From assembly GCF_902459465.1 (NCBI RefSeq), contig NC_047068.1, positions 434,001 through 498,000 of the forward strand: DNA of 64,000 nt, in the 5' to 3' direction. The number at the start of each line of letters is the position of its first letter. Positions within the stretch are counted from its first letter, which is position 1. A program made the position numbers and the translations under genes. The stretch comes from Asterias rubens. Lineage: Eukaryota. Of the stretch, positions 61,134 through 64,000 are shown one piece after another. The notes beneath the pieces were generated by a model. The model was not told the origin of the DNA. It searched no databases and saw only the letters and a program-made list of their open reading frames with translations.

Positions 61134-63053
61134 AATCTCAAAAAATTGATAAATATGAACCGTTGTGAATACGATGGGGAAATTTTTAAACTGATTTTAA
61201 TCGGCACGTGTACACCTTGCTGGCTGGGAACAAGGAGCTCGTCATAGCACGCAATGGCACGACAGGGAAGATAAAGCAGTGATGCTTGCATTGATCAAAA
61301 TGAATGTCAACTTTGTATAAATGACTATCAACTTTATGTTTATATATAACTGTCTCTGTGTCTACCCTGGCTCTTTAGTCTCAGACTAGTATACAATGGA
61401 AAATGAAAACTGCTTGTTCTTGCGGTATCATGAAACCATTGCGAGGGCAGCTTTCAATATTACCGCCTTTTTTAAATACCATGCAACTTGCGGTCATTCA
61501 GAGGTTGCGCCAGGTTCACAATGGGGTTCTCAACCGATTCACAATACATTACACATACTGTTTTATCTCCTTTGTGGACATGGTTGGATAATTTTAAGAG
61601 CCTCAAATCTTCCATTGTGCTGCAACTTTTTAAACTGTACGCGGCGAACTTTTCAACTTTTGAACCCTTTGCGATGGTATTGAAGCGGATCGCATGTGCA
61701 TTGTTTATGGCAGTTTTGAGCTGTATGACAAAATCCCCACCGACTAGTCGTAATTGTGTTAAGGTTTCTGGGTGCTCATTTTGTTCCTGTTAAGTTCAGT
61801 TCTGTGTCAGTGAGTGTCCCTGCTTCATCATGCATGCTTTGGCGGCATTTCTATTCTGTTGCACATTTTGTTGTGGAATTCTCTGTTCATGTTGTACAGG
61901 GAACAAAGACAATGCTGAAGTTTGTTTGCATATTGTTTTACTAAGGAAAGTTTTACTAAGGAAAATGGTCTTTAAACAAATATTTAGGCCTACAATATTT
62001 ATAATTAAATTCAATATTAAATTACTCTGCAATATGAGAAACTGCAAATATAACTAAAAAAAATAAAAAATGCTCGAGATCTTTGACTTCAGCAGTGTAC
62101 ACGTGCAGAATTCAAAAATCTTAATTTATGATCTGCCTCTTTATAACAACTTTAAAACACGCATGCATTACATTTGACGTGTATTGTCAAGACCATGTCA
62201 CGCGTCCCATTGATCAAGTTTCTCTCCAGCGTTTATTTCATAACATTACTCCCCCGTTCAAAAGTTGCACTCAATTCTGACTTACGGCAACAATGGAGAC
62301 AGAAAACTACGGTAGTCATTCTATCATTAGATTGCCAGCAACTCCCAATCAAACACTCTCGATGACTTAACAACCAAGGAAATATGAAAGGCGGCGTCTT
62401 TAAAAAGCCAGTGAGAGGTTTCTATTCTCTAACTAGTCATATCCTCAAGGTTTCCCATCAGTCACACCGCTGGTGCCATAGAAGACACGAAGAATGGCCA
62501 AAAAGACCGCCTTCTTCACGAGCACACAATAGAAAATTGAAAGGGGTTTTTCATGATTTAAACCGACGGGGTTTGCCATAATCGGTGAAAAAAAAATGTA
62601 AAAGCCTTTTGATTCGTTTTTAGTTTTGGTCTCATGCATGATGGATTTTATAGGGACTTGACAATGCATCACTGACCTATCGACAATCGCGTCGCGAACT
62701 TTTTAAAAGTACAGACTTCATATTTGCAGAGCACTGTATGATTTTAATACAAATTTTTGCAGCATTAACATAGCTATGATTGAACTGTTAACTAAAACTT
62801 AAATGTTATATCATGGATATTTACTGTTAGTCAGCCAATTTTTTTTTTAGATCACTAAACAAAGTGAGTTGGTGAAATGCAATGACAGTTGGTAAAATGC
62901 CTTCAATGCTAACGTCTTCACGTAGTGAGACAATAAACTAAAACAAAAGAAACTGAATTGGCTTTGATTTCTGCTTAAAACATTACCTGTATTAAACAAA
63001 ATAATTATGACACTGAGAGCTAACAAGTTACTTTTATATTTGTCTTTCTGCAG

Positions 63054-64000
63054 ACTGTTGTCAGAGCCAGAGAAACAGCCCTTCATCGAAGAAGCAGAAC
63101 GTCTTCGCCAGCAACATAAGAAGGACCATCCCGACTACAAGTACCAGCCACGACGTCGCAACAAGAGCAACAACAAACCCAGCAAGGGCCCTCTGAGTAC
63201 CGACACCACCACGCTATGCAAGGGGTCTCGCTCTCCGGGAGACACCAGCAGCGACGACGGTTCCAAGAGGTACGCCGTCCATGCCACACCCCAGCAGAAT
63301 GGTCCTCCTACCCCACCCACCACGCCCAAGAATGACACAGACTGCCTGAACGGGCAGCCGCCACAGAAACGCATGAAGTACATCCAGCTTCTGAAGGGCG
63401 GTGACCGTCAACAGCAGCAGCTACCCATGGACCTGGCTGGTGTGGACGTTCGAGATCTCAGTAGCGACATGATGGCCAATATGGACGGCCTGATCAACGA
63501 GGACCTCGACCACTACCTCGTGGCAAGCTCCGCTCAGAGTCCACAGGCGCAACAAACCGCCAACTGCAACACGTATGCCATGATGAACAGTTGCCAGAAC
63601 CTCACGCAATCAGAGCAGTGGGTCAACCGGCAGGGTATACCCCCAATACCCGTCGCTGTCTCAGTCTCCAACACCATGAAGCTGGAGGAGGAAATCCTGT
63701 CTCCCGAGCAGCAGCACTTCTCCTCATCACCTACCTCCTCAAACCAAGTACAGCCTTATGACTTCAGTATGCAGCCTCACTATGCTGAGTACCCCTCGCC
63801 TACCGGTCAAACCTATGACTATCCTCAGCAGCCTCAACCAGCCCAGATCGGCTACTATGCAAACAATCCCAACAGTCCGTCTGCAACCACGATGCCCTCC
63901 TCCTACCAGTTCCCACAACAGCAGGTTTCACCAAACCAAGCATACCTCGCAGTTGAGAGTACGCAATCCATCCTCCCAGAAGCCCGCACGTGGAACAACT
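63054..64000 (+). CDS. SoxE: SoxE exon 2 (partial, open to window end): rest of HMG box, GPPTPPTTP motif, K2 domain, P/Q/S/Y-rich C-terminal region
   Basis: Acceptor tgtctttctgcAG|A at 63053. Reads (K)[35 protein letters not shown]...[14 protein letters not shown]...[31 protein letters not shown]... with no stop before 64000. Confidence 0.97.

Noticed and set aside
60325-63609. Alternative-frame and antisense ORFs overlapping SoxE exons
   Set aside because: By-products of the GC-rich SoxE coding sequence.
55000-64000. Apparent TE depletion near SoxE as a sign of selection
   Set aside because: A longer family A-free stretch exists at 5.5-20.2 kb and small remnants occur near 56400 and 59350, so the pattern is not distinguishable from patchy insertion in one window.

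Overview
Animal (deuterostome) genomic DNA. The repeat content and SoxE sequence suggest an echinoderm, probably a sea star; this is inference, and no database search was run. Two genes point away from each other at the window edges. Left: a minus-strand gene for an unidentified coiled-coil protein (coding exons 3421-3476 and 919-1113, next exon starting at 10 and running off the window). Right: the SoxE (Sox8/9/10-type) gene, with exon 1 CDS 60267-60655, a 2.4-kb intron inside the HMG box, and exon 2 from 63054 open to the window end. Between them is a ~57-kb gene desert with no convincing intact gene. It is packed with non-autonomous DNA transposons: about 21 copies or fragments of a ~380-bp TTAA-flanked Kolobok-like MITE, two further TTAA families, and several CWG-flanked Harbinger/PHIS-like MITEs nested reciprocally with them. 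It also holds tRNA-Leu-derived DeuSINEs, a Penelope-like end with a degenerate hammerhead motif, and a 1.12-kb fold-back element with TAC..GTA ends, a 6-bp TSD and asymmetric 21-bp arrays (IS3EU-like). Nearly all ORF-track entries are repeat translations or chance ORFs. The most interesting signals are mechanistic features of the transposons (fold-back element architecture, non-duplicated CWG flanks, turnover of a positionally fixed palindrome) and conserved or lost features of SoxE. No new multi-gene system could be supported.
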